From Octopus vulgaris (lineage: Eukaryota), in NCBI GenBank assembly GCA_951406725.2, contig OX597822.1, positions 80,724,001 to 80,788,000 on the forward strand: 64,000 bases of DNA, written 5' to 3'. The notes under the pieces were generated by a model. That model ran no database searches, was not told the origin of the DNA, and was given only the letters and a program-made list of their open reading frames with translations. Shown here piece after piece: positions 13,840 through 27,550 of this stretch. Every line of letters starts with the position of its first letter. Position 1 is the stretch's first letter. The translations under genes and the position numbers were made by a program.

Positions 13840-15474
13840 ATATATATGTAGTTTATTGTCGCCTTATGGGTAGGGTAACCAAAATTTTATTCTATCAAGT
13901 TAGAGATAAACATCGTTTAATATAATTTACATAACATGACATGTGTCTCCAAGGTATGTTTCTGCCTCAGTGCTTACGGTTAGGCCTATTTGATTACCAG
14001 GACGCTGGTTTACAAAGAAACAGGAGAAAAACCTAGAAGAAGAAGTTAAATAAGACTTATGCAAATTTTGAAATGAGAGAAAATAACAAACGTATGAAAA
14101 CCGAGATCTCCTTGTCCTTTGTCTGGAGGAATCTTAATTCTTCTAGCTAGTGTTGAATACTAAATCAAAGAGGAACCAAAATTGTATGAGACAGCTATAC
14201 AATCCGAATGGGACAGTTTCTAGCAGTTCGACAAATTTTTCATCTGCATACATTTGTTAAATATCGGCAAGCTAGAATTAAATATTCTGGTGGAATTCTT
14301 GTATATAAAAAAGAATGTGAGATTTTTCATCTACGCATAATTTGCATTAGGTTGATTCCTTTATATATGGCGTAAATATATCCACAAGTCTTCACTCGAA
14401 TGTATGCGGCGAGTAGCTGGTCCTCAGATTCCAGGATAGCATTTCCAATTAAACCACAAATACGTACAGGAAGAATTTTTAACAGACTAGAGAGAAGTAC
14501 GATTTGATAAAGAGCTGCTATAAGTGTCATGTTCATTTAAGTAAAGCTTTAAGACGGGTTTGTATACATTGCTGACTACTATACTGCAATCGTTCAAGCT
14601 CAAAATAAACATAACTGCTCTCTGACAAAAAAGCGAGAAAGAAGGAAGCAGAATAGAAAAATAAAGAATAAAATGGAAAAAAAATATGAGAAAAAATGCA
14701 AGATTGGAAGCAATGGGAATCAAGAGTTGTGTCCCTTTGTCTTATTAGAAAGAGAATGCTGGCAATAGTTTATACTTGAAGTAACGTTGGTTAACAGGTT
14801 CAATCCGAGAGGATGGTGTTCTTCAGTCTGATAACAGAAACTCATTGAGATCCTTTAAAATTGAGAATTTTTTTCCTGATTCTGGAGGTCGGTGAAGAAT
14901 TTAGACTTAAAAATACATAGATCATTTCAGCTATACAAACCACATTCCTTGTTGGCCCATTTATGCATAACGTATATCGTTCAACGAGGTTTCACTTGAT
15001 GGTGTGTAAGGTATATTTGTCCTTCAAATTTCAAACGTGACTAGCTAGCTTAGTGCTTTTCTTCTTATCTACGATCTGGAAAGAAGACTAGTGGTTGTCA
15101 TATCTTCTTTTCGTCAGTTTCACTTACATAATCCAACATATTTTTTGCTTTTCATTATTTGGCACAACGGAAGTGACGTTGGGCTTTGAATATATCTGAG
15201 CTAAGTATGCATGCCCAATCGAGTATGCATGTATATCGGTTCCTACAGTTGCATTTTGGAAGCAGTCGATTGACGTTACTTACGTATAATAACGCTTTTC
15301 AAGTAAGGGCAGCAGCTTCATGAAACTTTCCTGAAACGTCAAATAAAGATTTTCATATGCCTTTGATTATCCGACAAATGCTTATTTATCAAGACTAGGT
15401 ATTTTCGCCTACGGTTGTCTTTACTCTCAAACCAAAATAAAGGCGAACCATGTAACCATCCGAGGTCTACTATT

Positions 15475-15668
15475 GATTTCTAATTTTGGCCCAATACCAG
15501 CAACTTCAATTGAGGAGATACGTTAATTACATCGACCCTAGTGTTCAACTGGTGTTTATTTTATCGAGCTGAAAATGTTGAAATACCTTAAAATGTTGAA
15601 AGAATGTAAAGATGGACGAAATGTTTCAAGGCATTTTGTCCAGTGTGTTAACGATTCTGCCAGCTCAC
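15475..15668 (-). mobile_element. SINE family B, diverged
   Basis: Reverse complement of gagctggcagaatcgtta.. and ..gtcgatgtaat. Confidence 0.65.
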
Positions 15669-15963
15669 ATCTATCCCGGGGCCAATTGTTATGGTATCGT
15701 GCTGCTCGGTCCAATAATTCTTTTTAGACAAAATTGGTGATATTCATTGGGTTATAATGTTGAATACTTCTTTTTTTTTTAATTATCATCGTTTGAGTTT
15801 ATGCTTACAAGAATTTCAGATATTGGCGTACACATAAACACACCAACAAAATCTCTTATATACTTGATCCTAGTAAAAATTGTCATACCAAAATTATTCA
15901 GTTCTGAAACGTTACTTACGAAGGAACCAACCATAATGAGTTTCATAGGTAGAAACTGTCACA

Positions 15964-16324
15964 CACGTGGCAGTCTTTCGGTTACGGCGACGAGGGTTCC
16001 AGTTGATCCAATTAACGGAACAGCCTGCTGGTGAAATTAATGTGCAAGTGGCTGAGAACACCTCAGACACGTGTACCTTTTACGTAGTTGTCGGGGAGAT
16101 TCAACGTGACACAGAGTGTGACAAGGCTGGCTCTTTTAAATACATGTACAACAGAAATGGGAAGAAAGAGTGAAAGAAAGTTTTGATGAAAGAGTAGAGC
16201 AGGGTTCGCCACTACCCTTGTCGGGGCCACGTAGAGCTTTTAGGTATTTTCGATCAATAAACACTCACAACGCCCGGTCTGGGAATCAAGTCCGCTGCTC
16301 TAACCTGAGCCATTGCGCTACCAC
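15964..16324 (-). mobile_element. tRNA-derived SINE family C (tail type 2)
   Basis: Head shared with 40509-40821 (ttcccagaccgggcgttgtgagtgtttattg). Tail shared with 17140-17420. Confidence 0.75.
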
Positions 16325-16729
16325 ATATATCACAATACAATAAAACAATTAACACCAGAGCAATCTTATAAAGTTTTGTACACTTAGAATGAATAAAAGC
16401 TTTCAAAACATACAGTCTGCACAAAAGATCATACAAAAGAACCAGCGACAAGAACTGGAAAATCAATCAATATGAACTAAATACAAACGAATGAACAGAC
16501 TGAAGCCGGGGCACATGACCACAGCAATCAGTATAATTCTACATCAAGAACACACAGTTCTAACCGTTATCGTCTGCAAAATCTCAGTGGTGTGAAAGTC
16601 AGCTCGCCAGATCAAGATAAAAATTCAGTTTCGGTAAACAATGTAGTCTCCATCATATATTACCTAGTATTGAACGATTCTCTGGTTCATCCGACAAATT
16701 TCTATGCTTTTATATATGTATGCATATAG

Positions 16730-16814
<85 letters not shown>

Positions 16815-16894
16815 TGTATATGTATATATATTCTTCTACATATATGTACATATATATGTGTTTATATATGTATATATATATGTATGTGTGTGCC

Positions 16895-16934
<40 letters not shown>

Positions 16935-17139
16935 TGCACATGAATACACATGTACGTGTGTGTGTGTGTCTGTCTGTCTGTCTGTCTGTATCTGTGTGTC
17001 TCTGTGTGCTTCTCTCTGTGTGTATATTTACACACTTACAAACTCACGTAATATACAAAGCTGAGTTAGAAGTTTCGAGAAGACGGCATCAGTCATAACC
17101 GTCGAAATGTGACTGGTACGTTTTTCTGTCAACTGCTAT

Positions 17140-17420
17140 AGGTGCGTGGCTTAGCGATTAGTGTATTCAGCTCACAAACGTAAGGTCATGAGTTCGATTC
17201 CCAGCTGCGCATTGTGTCCTTGAGCAACAGACTTTATTTCATGTTGCCTCGGTCCACTCAGCTGGCGAAAATGAGTTGTACCTGTATTTCAAATGACCGA
17301 CCATGCCACACTCTGTGTCACGCTGAATCTCCCTGAGAATTACGTTAAGTGTACATGTGTCTGTGGAGTACTCGACCCTTGCTGGAACCTTAGTCGTTAT
17401 AAGCGACGGAGTACACATAG
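17140..17420 (+). mobile_element. tRNA-derived SINE (tail type 2)
   Basis: A box gtggcttagcg, B box gagttcgattcc, tail cacactctgtgtcacgctgaatctccc. Confidence 0.75.
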
Positions 17421-17616
17421 CAATTAACACTCCTTCATTACAGCTGACTGAGTGTTTATAAAAGCAATAAATACAGATATTTTACACCTTGCATATTTTA
17501 AGGTTCAATTTTCGATTTTCCGGCATAAAGAAAACGATTAGTCAAGTTGAAAATTGCTAATAAGGAGTATGGAATATTACCTGAACCAAAGCTCAATGGT
17601 ATATAAATTTGTATGC

Positions 17617-18020
17617 AAGGCGGCGAGCTGGCAGAATCGTTAGCACGCCAGGCGAAATGCTTACCGGTATTTCGTCTGCCACTACGTTTTGAGTTCAAAT
17701 TCCGCCGAGGTCGACTTTCCGGTTCGATTAAATAAGTACCAATTACGCACTGAGGTCGATATAATCGACTTAATCCGTTTGTCTGTCCTTGTTTATCCTC
17801 TCTGTGTTTAGCCCCTTGTGGGTAGTAAAGAAATAGGTATTTCGTCTGCCGCTATGTTCTCAGTTGAAATTCCGCCGAGGTCGACTTTGCCTTTCTTCCT
17901 TGCGGGGTCGATTAAATAAGTGCCATTTACGCACTGGGGTTGATCTAATCGATTGATACCTTTGTCTGTCATTATTTGCCCCCTCCCTATGTTTAGCCTC
18001 CACTTCTGAGGGCAACAAAA
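17617..18020 (+). mobile_element. SINE family B with internal tandem duplication
   Basis: Starts aaggcggcgagctggcagaatcg. The unit ggtatttcgtctgcc..aaattccgccgaggtcgacttt..gattaaataagt occurs twice. Confidence 0.8.
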
Positions 18021-18051
18021 ATATATATTCAAATTTGTATACAGGTGTACG

Positions 18052-18272
18052 TACGAGCGGGTGCCGAAACGTTCCTGGCTTTATGGATGTTGCGAAAAGC
18101 TTAATTGAAGGCTCAACGTTCTAAGTTCTTTTACAGGGCTTAGAAAAACTGAAAGACTGCTGCAATGCATGTGTGAATGTGAGAGAGGAATATGTGGAAT
18201 AAAATCACAAGGGACTGAACCGCTTGGATTTTGCTTTACTCAAAGACAGAAGTTTTTCAGTTCCCCGTCGTA
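18052..18272. mobile_element. Mariner-type MITE (~220 bp)
   Basis: TA-flanked imperfect TIRs: TACGAGCGGGTGCCGAAACGTTCCTGGCTTT versus right-end reverse complement TACGACGGGGAACTGAAAAACTTCTGTCTTT. Confidence 0.7.
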
Positions 18273-18451
18273 TATATATCTATAAGTATATGTATGCATA
18301 TTTAAATATAAATATATGCGTGTGTACATGCACACACACACACACACATATATATACATCCATCCATCCAGGAATTCATACATACATACATACACACATA
18401 CATACATATATATATGTAATTCTTTATATGGTGTGTATTTGTGTGTATATT

Positions 18452-18885
18452 TTTTATTCCTTTAGTCTTTTAATTGTTTCAGCCCCTTGAAGGATTCCAT
18501 ACTGGAGCATCGCCTTAAAGGGCTTTAGTCGAAGAAATGAAGCCCAGCACTTATGCTTTGTAAACCTCATACTTATTCTATCGGTCTTTGGTCGAACCGT
18601 TAAGTTATAGGGACATAAACACATCAGTATCAGTTGTCAAGTGACGGTGGGGAAACAAACACAGACACACATACACACACATAAATACACACGCACATAC
18701 ACATACGCGCGCGCAAACACACTATATATATACGACAGGCTTCTTTCAGTTTCCGTCTACCAGATACTCTCACACGGCTTTGATTAGCCCGATGCTATAT
18801 TAGAAGTCCCTTGCCCGAGTTAACACCAACCGGGACTGATCCCGGAACCATGTGGTTCGCCAGCAAATTTCTTACCACACAGTCA
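18452..18885 (-). mobile_element. SINE family A, diverged
   Basis: Contains ggcttctttcagtttccgtctacc and cccggaaccatgtggttcg, as in 13412-13839. Confidence 0.8.
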
Positions 18886-19107
18886 CAAATATATGTATAC
18901 ATGTATGCATATATGAGAATGCAAACAAACACAAACACACACTCCAACATATGCGTGCGCGTGCTTAAGATCGCACACATGAACGCGCGCACACACACAC
19001 ACACACAGACACACACACACACACATACGGTCTACAAGGTTTAAAATTAGCTGAATGAAAAATCAATTTAATACAGCAGCTGCTCCTGTTCCTGCTTTTG
19101 GGTCTAA

Positions 19108-19683
19108 TGATGATGATGATGACGACGTCGATTATGATGATGATGATGATGATGATGATTATGATGATTATGATGGTGATGATGATGATAGTGGAGACGG
19201 TTAGAGTGGTGATGATGACGATGACGATGACGACGATGAAGATGATGGTAATAATGCTGCTGCTGCTGCTGATGATGATGATGACGATGATGATTATGAT
19301 GATGACGACGAGGATGATGATGACAATGATGACGATGATGACGATGATGATGATGATGATGGTGATGATGATGTCAAGGAAGCTGTTGCTTCCCTCTATA
19401 AAGAATATCTTTGTGCGGTTCGTATTATAAGACCGCTTCGTAATGGGCGGCGTGACGATCGCCTTGATGTATACATTGGCAAGTGTGTGCGTGTATGCGA
19501 GTGTGTTGTCTGTGTGTCTGTCTATGCGTGTATGTCTATACGTGTATGTGTGTGTGTGTGTGTTTGAGAGAGAGAGAAAGAGTGAAAGAGAGAGACAGAA
19601 AGGCAGGTTCAGCGACGAAAGAGAAAAGACATTCGGATAAAACAAGCGAAAGACCAAAATCAGGAAAAAAGTGTATCATCAGT

Positions 19684-19738
<55 letters not shown>

Positions 19739-19935
19739 GCAACACCACCGCGACCATCACCACTACCATCAGCATCACCTTCATCATCACCACCGTGACT
19801 TTTACTATCATCATCAACATCGTCATCATTATCTTCATCATTCTCATCATTATCAACATCATTATCTGCATCATTTTCATCATCATCATCGTCTTCATCA
19901 ACAGAACCACAATCCACTTCAGCAACAACAACATA
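19108..19935. repeat. Degenerate (GAT)n tract and (CAT/CAA/CAC)n tract
   Basis: Read directly. Source of the spurious poly-M, D, H, Q and I ORFs. Confidence 0.9.
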
Positions 19936-20376
19936 ATGCCATCAACCGGAGCAAGAACATCAACACCAAAAACAAGTGTATTGGCAGCAAAATTAATAAC
20001 ATCAGGCATAACAATACAGATGGGAGTTCTGAAAAGATCCATTAGAATTTTTAGACCACGCCTTACTAATTATATATTTTCTTTTTTATTCCAAACTCAA
20101 CAACAAACCATACATTCTGGTCTGCTTTACACATTTTAATCTCTCTTTTCTTCTTCCTCACTCTTTCCCTCTCCCGGTATCTCTCTCTCTCTATCTGTCT
20201 ATGTATCTATCTCTTTCTCTTTACTTCTCGTTCCTTTTCTCTACCAAATTTCTCTTTCCTCTTATTGTGTATTCGTTCTCATCTTACAGACTCTCGTGTA
20301 AATTTTCTCCCTTCTTTCTCTCTCTCTTTTCTCTGTCTATTTGTCTCTCCCTTTCTCTCTCTCCCTTTCTCTCTCT

Positions 20377-20408
<32 letters not shown>

Positions 20409-21147
20409 TGTTTTCTCTCTTCCTCTGTCTCCCTCACGTTCGTTCTCCCGCATGCAGGAATCAAGCTTTCCAGAAGAACCGTTTCATTCTTTAGATTTGT
20501 TCGTTTGATAATGGATAACACACTTGTTGTTGTCCTTGTCGTTGTTGTTACATTTTAATGTTGCCATTAAATTATTTTCATTATCGTTGTTATTACTGTC
20601 ATTTTAGTTCTTCAACGTTGTTGACGCTGGTATTATCGTTGCTGATTATCTCAGGTCAGGCCCCAATGGGTAAACCCTTGACCTAAGCCATTTCAGCAGC
20701 AAGCACCTTGCACGTTCAGCAGAGTTTAGAGGGCTGCATCGAAAGGCTTAATATGTCATTTCATTACTCAGTATGATATGAGACAATTTTAGGGAGACGC
20801 ATTTGCTATATCGAGCAAACTGGCTGACTCTGTAAGAACATTTCCACTGTCACACACTATTTTCATAGGTGGCACAGTTTAAGTTACCCTTGGGTAACTA
20901 TTAATGATGTATTCAGCTCTAATTTTAGCAGACCTAACAATATGTAGCAGCCTTCATTTGTTTGCCATTGTTATCGTTTGTATTGTTTTTATTTAAGCTA
21001 ATTTTATAAGCTTAGAATCTCCTCCCTGATAGCATCATGGAACCCACTACACGATGTCTCTTGTTCATGTTATCTATAAGCGAACCAGTTCAGCTTTCAA
21101 GATAACTTGGTTTCCATAATCAAGGAACACAGAACAAGTTAATAATC

Positions 21148-21575
21148 CTCTCTACTGTCGACAAAAGGCCGGAAATTTTGAGGGAGGGGGATAGTTTATT
21201 TCACGGACTTGCCAGTGCTCAACCGGCACTTACTTTATCGACTCCGAAAGGACGAAACACCAAGTCGATGTCGGCTGGATTTGAACAGAGAACGTAAAAG
21301 AGAGATGAAATGCTGCAAAAACTTTCTCCGGCGTGCTAACGATTCTCTGAGCTCACTATACAGATTAATAATTGTTTCAAAATTTGGTACAGGGCCAGCA
21401 ATTTTGAGATATGTCGGTTACATCGATCCCAGTGCTCAAATGATATTTATTCTATCGATACTGAAAGAATGAATGTCAAAGACACCATCAGTGTAATTTG
21501 AAATCAGAACGTAAAACGGAAGGAATGTCGTTGAACATTTTGTCCATTGAGCGAACGACTCTGCCACCTCACGGC
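21148..21575 (-). mobile_element. Two tandem diverged SINE family B copies
   Basis: Motifs cagtgctcaa..tttatcga/tctatcga..agaacgtaaaa..aacga(t/c)tct repeat twice. Confidence 0.65.
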
Positions 21576-22588
21576 ACAAATTAAAAATAATACTTAGCAA
21601 AGCTCAGAAAAACCTCTTGTAAAAGACCCAACGGCTAAACATTCCCTGATTGTTTAAGAACGCTACCAAAATATCGGCTTAATTAAAAATGGCATGATGA
21701 CACTGTCGGCGTAAAATACCGGATCGTTACAATCTTGTCGTTAGTAAAGAAACCACTTTTAAGATAAATTACCAGCGACGAACAAATCGCAAAGATTCTC
21801 GTCCTAATATAGCATTGTAAGATAAGTTTGTATTAGGTCCTATTCTGAAGTCGTTTATAAAATTCGTCTGTAGCTGCTGAAAGGAGAGAGAAAAAAGTCA
21901 CAACCCCTGTCAAAACCGGCGGAGACAGTGAGTGTCAGACACAGCAACAGCAACAACAGCAGAAGATGTAATAAAATATAGTACTAGAACTTCTTCACAG
22001 CACTACTATCGCATCTATTTATGAATAAGACAAACAGAGAGAGGCAGAAGTGGATAGAGAAACTTTTCGAATTGACAAAAAGAAAACAAAAATAGAGTAA
22101 AATAAAAACAAAAGCAATTAAACTTCATGTTGAATCGTCGCTCTTTGTGGAGGTGAGGCCGTTCTGTGGTGATGAGAATCAATCTTTTGTGAAATGGTTC
22201 TGTTCTCTCGTGAAAAAAGTCTCTATCCTGGGAGGCGGGATATCTACCTCCTGTAAAGAAGAGTCTACTTCCCGTGAGAACAATCTTGTTTTTGCAACGC
22301 TTGAACCGCTGTTAAATATACCAACACTTCCCAAATGAATTGCAAATGAGGGAAATTATATAAATAAGAGGATATTAGTAGAAATTTCCAACAAACATTC
22401 TGAGATGTATGTCAACAAAGTATAGGACATAGGAATTCGATTATCCAAGAGTTCGATTATCGTCACAAAACCTTATGGAGTCTACGAAGTTTGCAGCTGC
22501 GTAGTTCCGAGTTTAGTGAGACTGAACAGTACCTGGGAAAAGTGTCTACTACTATAGACCCGGGAAGATGCGTACTTTAAGTCCGTCG

Positions 22589-22661
<73 letters not shown>

Positions 22662-22780
22662 ATCTATCTATCTATCTATCTGTCTGTCTGTCAGCCTATC
22701 TACCTATCGATCTATCTGTCTGTCTGTCTGTCTGTCTGTCTATATGTCTGTCTATCTATCTATCTATCTATCTATCTCTT

Positions 22781-22835
<55 letters not shown>

Positions 22836-23211
22836 GTCTGTGTGTGTGTGTGTGTGTGTGTATGTATGAAGCTGATAAGCTTTAAGTGTTAAGTGTCAAT
22901 TAGATACAGAAAGCGAAATCAATTGATACTGGGATATCGACTCCGCTGTTTGTAGTTTTACAAATGAGGACGACTGTGTTTTCTTTAGTATATTTGCTAC
23001 ATTTTCCGTGCGTGTTTACATATACTGAGAGATGCGTGGATTTGGAGTGTTTTAACTCTTCTTTCTAGCAAAGAGATGCATATTGCACCCTGACCTTTTA
23101 TCATTTATTATTTGCTTATTTGGATTATGTTTGCTGACCACTTTATCATTATTTTTCTAAAGATAATGGTAACTGATCTGAATTTTTTATATATATAAAC
23201 ATACATACATA

Positions 23212-23297
<86 letters not shown>

Positions 23298-23337
23298 ATT
23301 GTTAATGAGGACAACAAACGTTAAGGGAAATTTAAAG

Positions 23338-23396
23338 TCTTACGGCTGTTTCTGAGATATCCCAGTGTATGCGATATGACAGAAACAGCTGTAAGA
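23338..23396. repeat. Short fold-back (17-bp arms) containing an HHR helix-III-like end GAAA-CAGCTG-TA
   Basis: tcttacggctgtttctg pairs with cagaaacagctgtaaga; flanked by (TA)n. Confidence 0.75.
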
Positions 23397-23397
23397 T

Positions 23398-23431
<34 letters not shown>

Positions 23432-23531
23432 TAGCTACTCCAAATATGAACAAAGAGAGAACACTACAACGCGAGGAAGTGGAATAAGTATACTGTTATT
23501 TGACGCTCATGAAAGGAAAGAAAGAATGATG

Positions 23532-23566
23532 ATTTAACGTTTTGAGCGGAGTTCTTCGTCAGAGAC
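23532..23566 (-). ncRNA. Degenerate minimal type I hammerhead ribozyme
   Basis: Minus strand reads tct-CTGACGA-agaactccgctc-AAAA-CG-TT-aaat. Helix III is the ACGT palindrome. GAAA has become AAAA at a CpG. Confidence 0.55.
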
Positions 23567-24069
23567 ATAGAAAAAGCAAAGGTCGAAGAAAGGGAAGGCG
23601 GGGAAAGAAAATCGCCAACAATTTATATGGGTACTCGATTGTGTACCAGATATAAAAACTAAACTTTTCAAGGTGGTACCCCAGCATTGTCGCACTCCAT
23701 TAAGGGAAAAAGTAAAAAGATAACGTATGAAAGATAAAGATATAAGTAAATGGAAAGTGTGCGTATAGGCACTATTTCATAGAAACGTAAGATGCCGAGA
23801 TGAACGCAGGCAGCGGGAAATAATTATTTTAACGCAACTGAGTAGAAATGCCAACGCCACGCATCCACATATCGTTTCTGGCTTTAACACGAATACGAAT
23901 AAATTGATTTTGCTAATGTTTTGTCCAGCACGAAAGCCATCGATATGAAAAATTTTCTGAGAGATCAAAGGCTTGTACAAACTATGTTCTCCGAACTGTC
24001 ACCAAACTTCCAAAACAATTACATAGGATTGTGAGTGGATAAATATTATATAACACTGTCTCGCAAAAG

Positions 24070-24450
24070 AACTGACGTGATTCCAAGATTCCCTCGGTTA
24101 CACTCTTCCCGTTTCGAGGCTTTAGGCCCCTCATCTGGTACGCCACATTGTGACAATTTCTCTAGTGGCATCTTAGTGCTGTCAGCTACCAGTTCAGGTT
24201 TCCTTTGCACGTCAGGCTGAGAAATGCAAACTGTCAAAGTATCCGTCGCTCTCCGGCAGGTTTACGGTCGAGCCTCTGGCAGTTGAGACCTCTGGTGTTC
24301 TTGGCCCCTGGACCATACTTTTTCTCAACGCTATCTGGGTGGAGATTACTGTCCGCAAGTGCAGGGCGCTTAGTCAGACCAACTGTTCCAGCGCATTTCC
24401 CTCGTCCTTCATCTGGAGCAACGACTTCTCCATTTTGTCTGCTGGGGCAA
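24070..24450 (+). mobile_element. CRE-like (RLE-type) LINE, decayed C-terminal endonuclease region
   Basis: Frameshifted translation LIWYAT..SGRFTVEPLAVETSGVLGPWTILFL..QLFQRISL matches the CRE RLE pattern (WDAT..KY..F.PLAVET.G..G..LFQRIS). Confidence 0.65.
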
Positions 24451-24888
24451 TGAGAAATGTTTCTATATTGTGAGAGGCAAGATTACAAACTCATCAGAAA
24501 ATAGAAAATACTGTAACGTGTGAAATTTTGCAGGACAACACTTCTTAAAAAGTGAAGGCTCGTCTTCACACTAATCTTCTTCAGCTGGAGAATGGTAAAA
24601 GAAAGGCATGGTGCCAAAGAAAACTGCACGGGAGAGAGCTGCAGTTATTGATATAAACAGATCAAGTATAGAATTCATCGCAGGTATAATCAACGTGACA
24701 CTTGGATTGTAAATGTTTGTGAAAATGTGTGCCTTATGTGGTGTAATCAGCTGTGACAAGCTCTTATTGTAGTGACACTATGTAAGAGCTTTCTGTCTGC
24801 TGGGTATTCTATATCTATGATCCAGCATAGTTTTCTTTCTCCTTTAACTTTATGTCTGGCTTCCTATTCTCTATCTCCTGGTCGTACT

Positions 24889-25925
24889 GTTAGTTAGTTA
24901 GTTAGTTAGTTAATTTGGCTCAAAAGCAAATAGCAAGGCCATGTAGAGGGACATGGAGTTAAGTACAGGGTGGTGTTCATGTAAAGAGTTCAGGCCACTT
25001 GAGGTCCAGGGAGGCTTTGAACAAAGCGGTCGTCGGCATCTTCACCATCTCGTCTGGCAGCTTGTTCCACGGATCCGCAACCCGGACGGAGAAAGCTCCT
25101 CTCCTTCGATTGAGATGAAATCGTCGCAAGTAGAGCTTTTCGGAATGACCCCGCAGCCGACGCTCCGGAGCAGGAGTGAAGAACAGCTCTTTCGAGAGGT
25201 TACACTTCCCGCTTATGATGTTGTGGGCGAGAATGAGATCACCACGGCGGCGGCGTTTTTCAAGAGAATAAAGGTCGAGCGTTCTCAGCCTTTCTTCGTA
25301 GGACAAATTATTGAGACCATGAACCATGCGGGTAGCCAGCCTCTGGACTCTTTCGAGATGCTGTATGTCTTTGAGGAGATAAGGAGAAGAGGCTTGAATC
25401 CCATACTCCAATATGGGTCTCACCAGCGTGACATAGAGTGGCAGGAATATGGCTGCTGTGAGCATTCCGAATGACCGTCGAATCAAAAACAGAATTCCGC
25501 GCGCTTTGTTGGCAGCATGGACGCACTGGGCCGAAGGCGAAAAGGAGGAATCCACCCAGATACCCAGGTCCTTTACCTGATCGGTCCTCTCCAGCAGCAG
25601 ACGACCCGGCTCGAAATCAAGTTGAGTTGCAGGAGTAGAGCCGACAGGCAGATGACAGCACTTTGACACGTTCAGATCGTTCCCAATCGTTAGACCACTT
25701 CCAAATTTGGTGGAGGCATCGACGAAGATCCTCTATACTACCGCGAGGAGCGACCAGTTTGATATCGTCGGCAAATAGAAGGGTGTGTTGCGTGAGGTCG
25801 TCGGGCAAGTCATTTATGAAGACTAAGAACAACAAGGGCCCAAGCACTGAACCTTGAGGCACGCCACTGCTCGCACTGGAGACGTCGGACCGCGAACCAT
25901 TAACTTGAACTTGGAAGGAGCCATA
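24889..25925 (-). mobile_element. Young 5'-truncated CR1/L2-group LINE, 3' part of RT with (TAAC)n tail
   Basis: ORFs 25617-25946 (SGVPQGSVLGPLLFLVFINDL..LLFADDIKL) and 24977-25669 (KDLGI..LYVTLVRPILEY..LERVQRLATR..YEERL..RRRRGDLI) are joined by one frameshift. GTTA repeats at 24888-24912. Confidence 0.92.
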
Positions 25926-26276
25926 TGACCCCGTAGGATTTTGCATTTCTATTTTCGACGAGGCTTTCAGGTTTGTGGTCGTGCCAATTTATTGCTCTGT
26001 CAAGTCCATACCTGTTGCAGCGTGTCCAATTGTCAAGCCTGGCTATAGTGTCGAGGCGTCTCTTATATTCCTTCGGGGCTTAGTGGCGTACTTTGGCTGG
26101 TAATATGTCATATGGTTTCACCGTTTTGTCCACAGATTCTGCGTTTATCAATTTCTGCTATATTGTCATTATTATTATTATTATTGTTGTTATTATTATT
26201 ATTATTAATATTATTATCATTATCATCATCATCATCATCATCATCGTCGTCGTCGTCGTAGTCGTCCTCGTTGTCG

Positions 26277-26308
<32 letters not shown>

Positions 26309-26399
26309 GCTGTTGCTGTTGTTTTGATTCACGCTGTTCTATTTACGGTTGTTCTTTACTTGAAAGCAGGCAATAACAAATCACCAAACATTTCAAGTA

Positions 26400-26900
26400 A
26401 TGCCCTGTGCTGTAACTCAAAGAGACAATACTCTCCTTAGAATGCAAGCTGCGCCCAACAATGCTTTCTTCTGGATTACCTCGCGCCTGACAGCAGTTCT
26501 AATATTCTTAATATGTTTTTCTAAACCCTTGGAAACTGCTCCGAATGCTCCAATAAACCACCATGGTCACCATTACTTTCTTCATGCCCCATAATTTTAC
26601 TATCTCGTCCCGCAGTGGCTGGTATTTTTCACTCATATCTGTTTCCTTACATTTAATCTTCGAATCGCCTGGTATTGTATCATCTATTATCTTTGCATAA
26701 TTTTCAAGTTTATGGATGATCACATCTGACCGTCTCGAGTCTATGATCTGGTCGCACTGCAGGTTAAAATCCCAGAGTATTTTGTAACGTTCGTTTTCCA
26801 TTACGCCTTCTGGCTTGTGTTCATACCACTGTCCAGCTTTCTCAAGCTTTGCTTTATCGCACAACAGCAAGTGGACATATCAGGGCACATTGCCGTGTCG
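26400..26900 (-). mobile_element. Dong/R4-like RLE LINE, 3' fragment
   Basis: WYEHKPEGVMEN..KILWDFNLQCDQIIDSRRSDVII..KYQPLRDEIVKLW is a PD-(D/E)xK RLE domain. Confidence 0.8.
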
Positions 26901-26911
26901 TTATTTTTATA

Positions 26912-26943
<32 letters not shown>

Positions 26944-26947
26944 CATT

Positions 26948-27501
26948 GAGTGAGAGAGCAGTTCATGCCATCAAAGTGACACTGGGGTAAAATATACGAA
27001 GCCCAATATACCCATCATGACTACCCGTCTGATAAAGGTACACCAGGCACATGCATCACAACCATATGTGCACGACATGGTGATCTCATATCAAGATAAA
27101 CAGCACATGACCTTGCAGGTGGGGCCCAGTTAGAATTTTCTTCAGGTTGAGTAGCCCATCCCGCTCAAACGGTCCCTGAATAAGGGTTGTTTAAGGATGT
27201 TGAAAGAACCACCCATGTTTCCAGAGGTGAACTATTCAAACCCCAAAGAATCCCTCTCAACACATGGCTATGATGCTCCCCCACTACTTCTGCTCGTGAT
27301 CAGAGATGTACATATCGTCAGCCACTAAGGGACATGCTCAACTGGTTAAGGTCAAACAACTGACAAGCAAATCTGTGGTATTGAGCAGAATATTTGCTGT
27401 AGCCCATCTTTTATACCAAGACAAAACAATGTACATGATAACACTTCCAATCAGTTAAGATCAGAAGCCATGAGAGCCACTGCCTGGTACTGCATCAGGG
27501 C

Positions 27502-27505
<4 letters not shown>
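26948..27505 (-). mobile_element. (AAT)n-embedded ~560-bp non-coding retroelement, apparently full length
   Basis: Flanked on both sides by (TTA)n and nearly identical to 42428-42976. Confidence 0.9.
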
Positions 27506-27547
<42 letters not shown>

Positions 27548-27550
27548 ACT

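Noticed and set aside
17660-18000. CRISPR-like repeats
   Set aside because: Internal duplication of a SINE in a eukaryotic context, with no spacers or cas genes.
19205-19480. Asp-rich open frame continuing into KEAVASLYKEYL..
   Set aside because: In-frame stop just upstream, no start or splice support, and it runs into (GT)n.
24953-25474. 173-aa plus-strand ORF
   Set aside because: Antisense shadow of the LINE RT frame.
27440-27505. HDV-like or HHR ribozyme at the 5' end of the 560-bp element
   Set aside because: Only simple hairpins and CTGATGC are visible. I could not build the double pseudoknot or find a GAAA box by eye.
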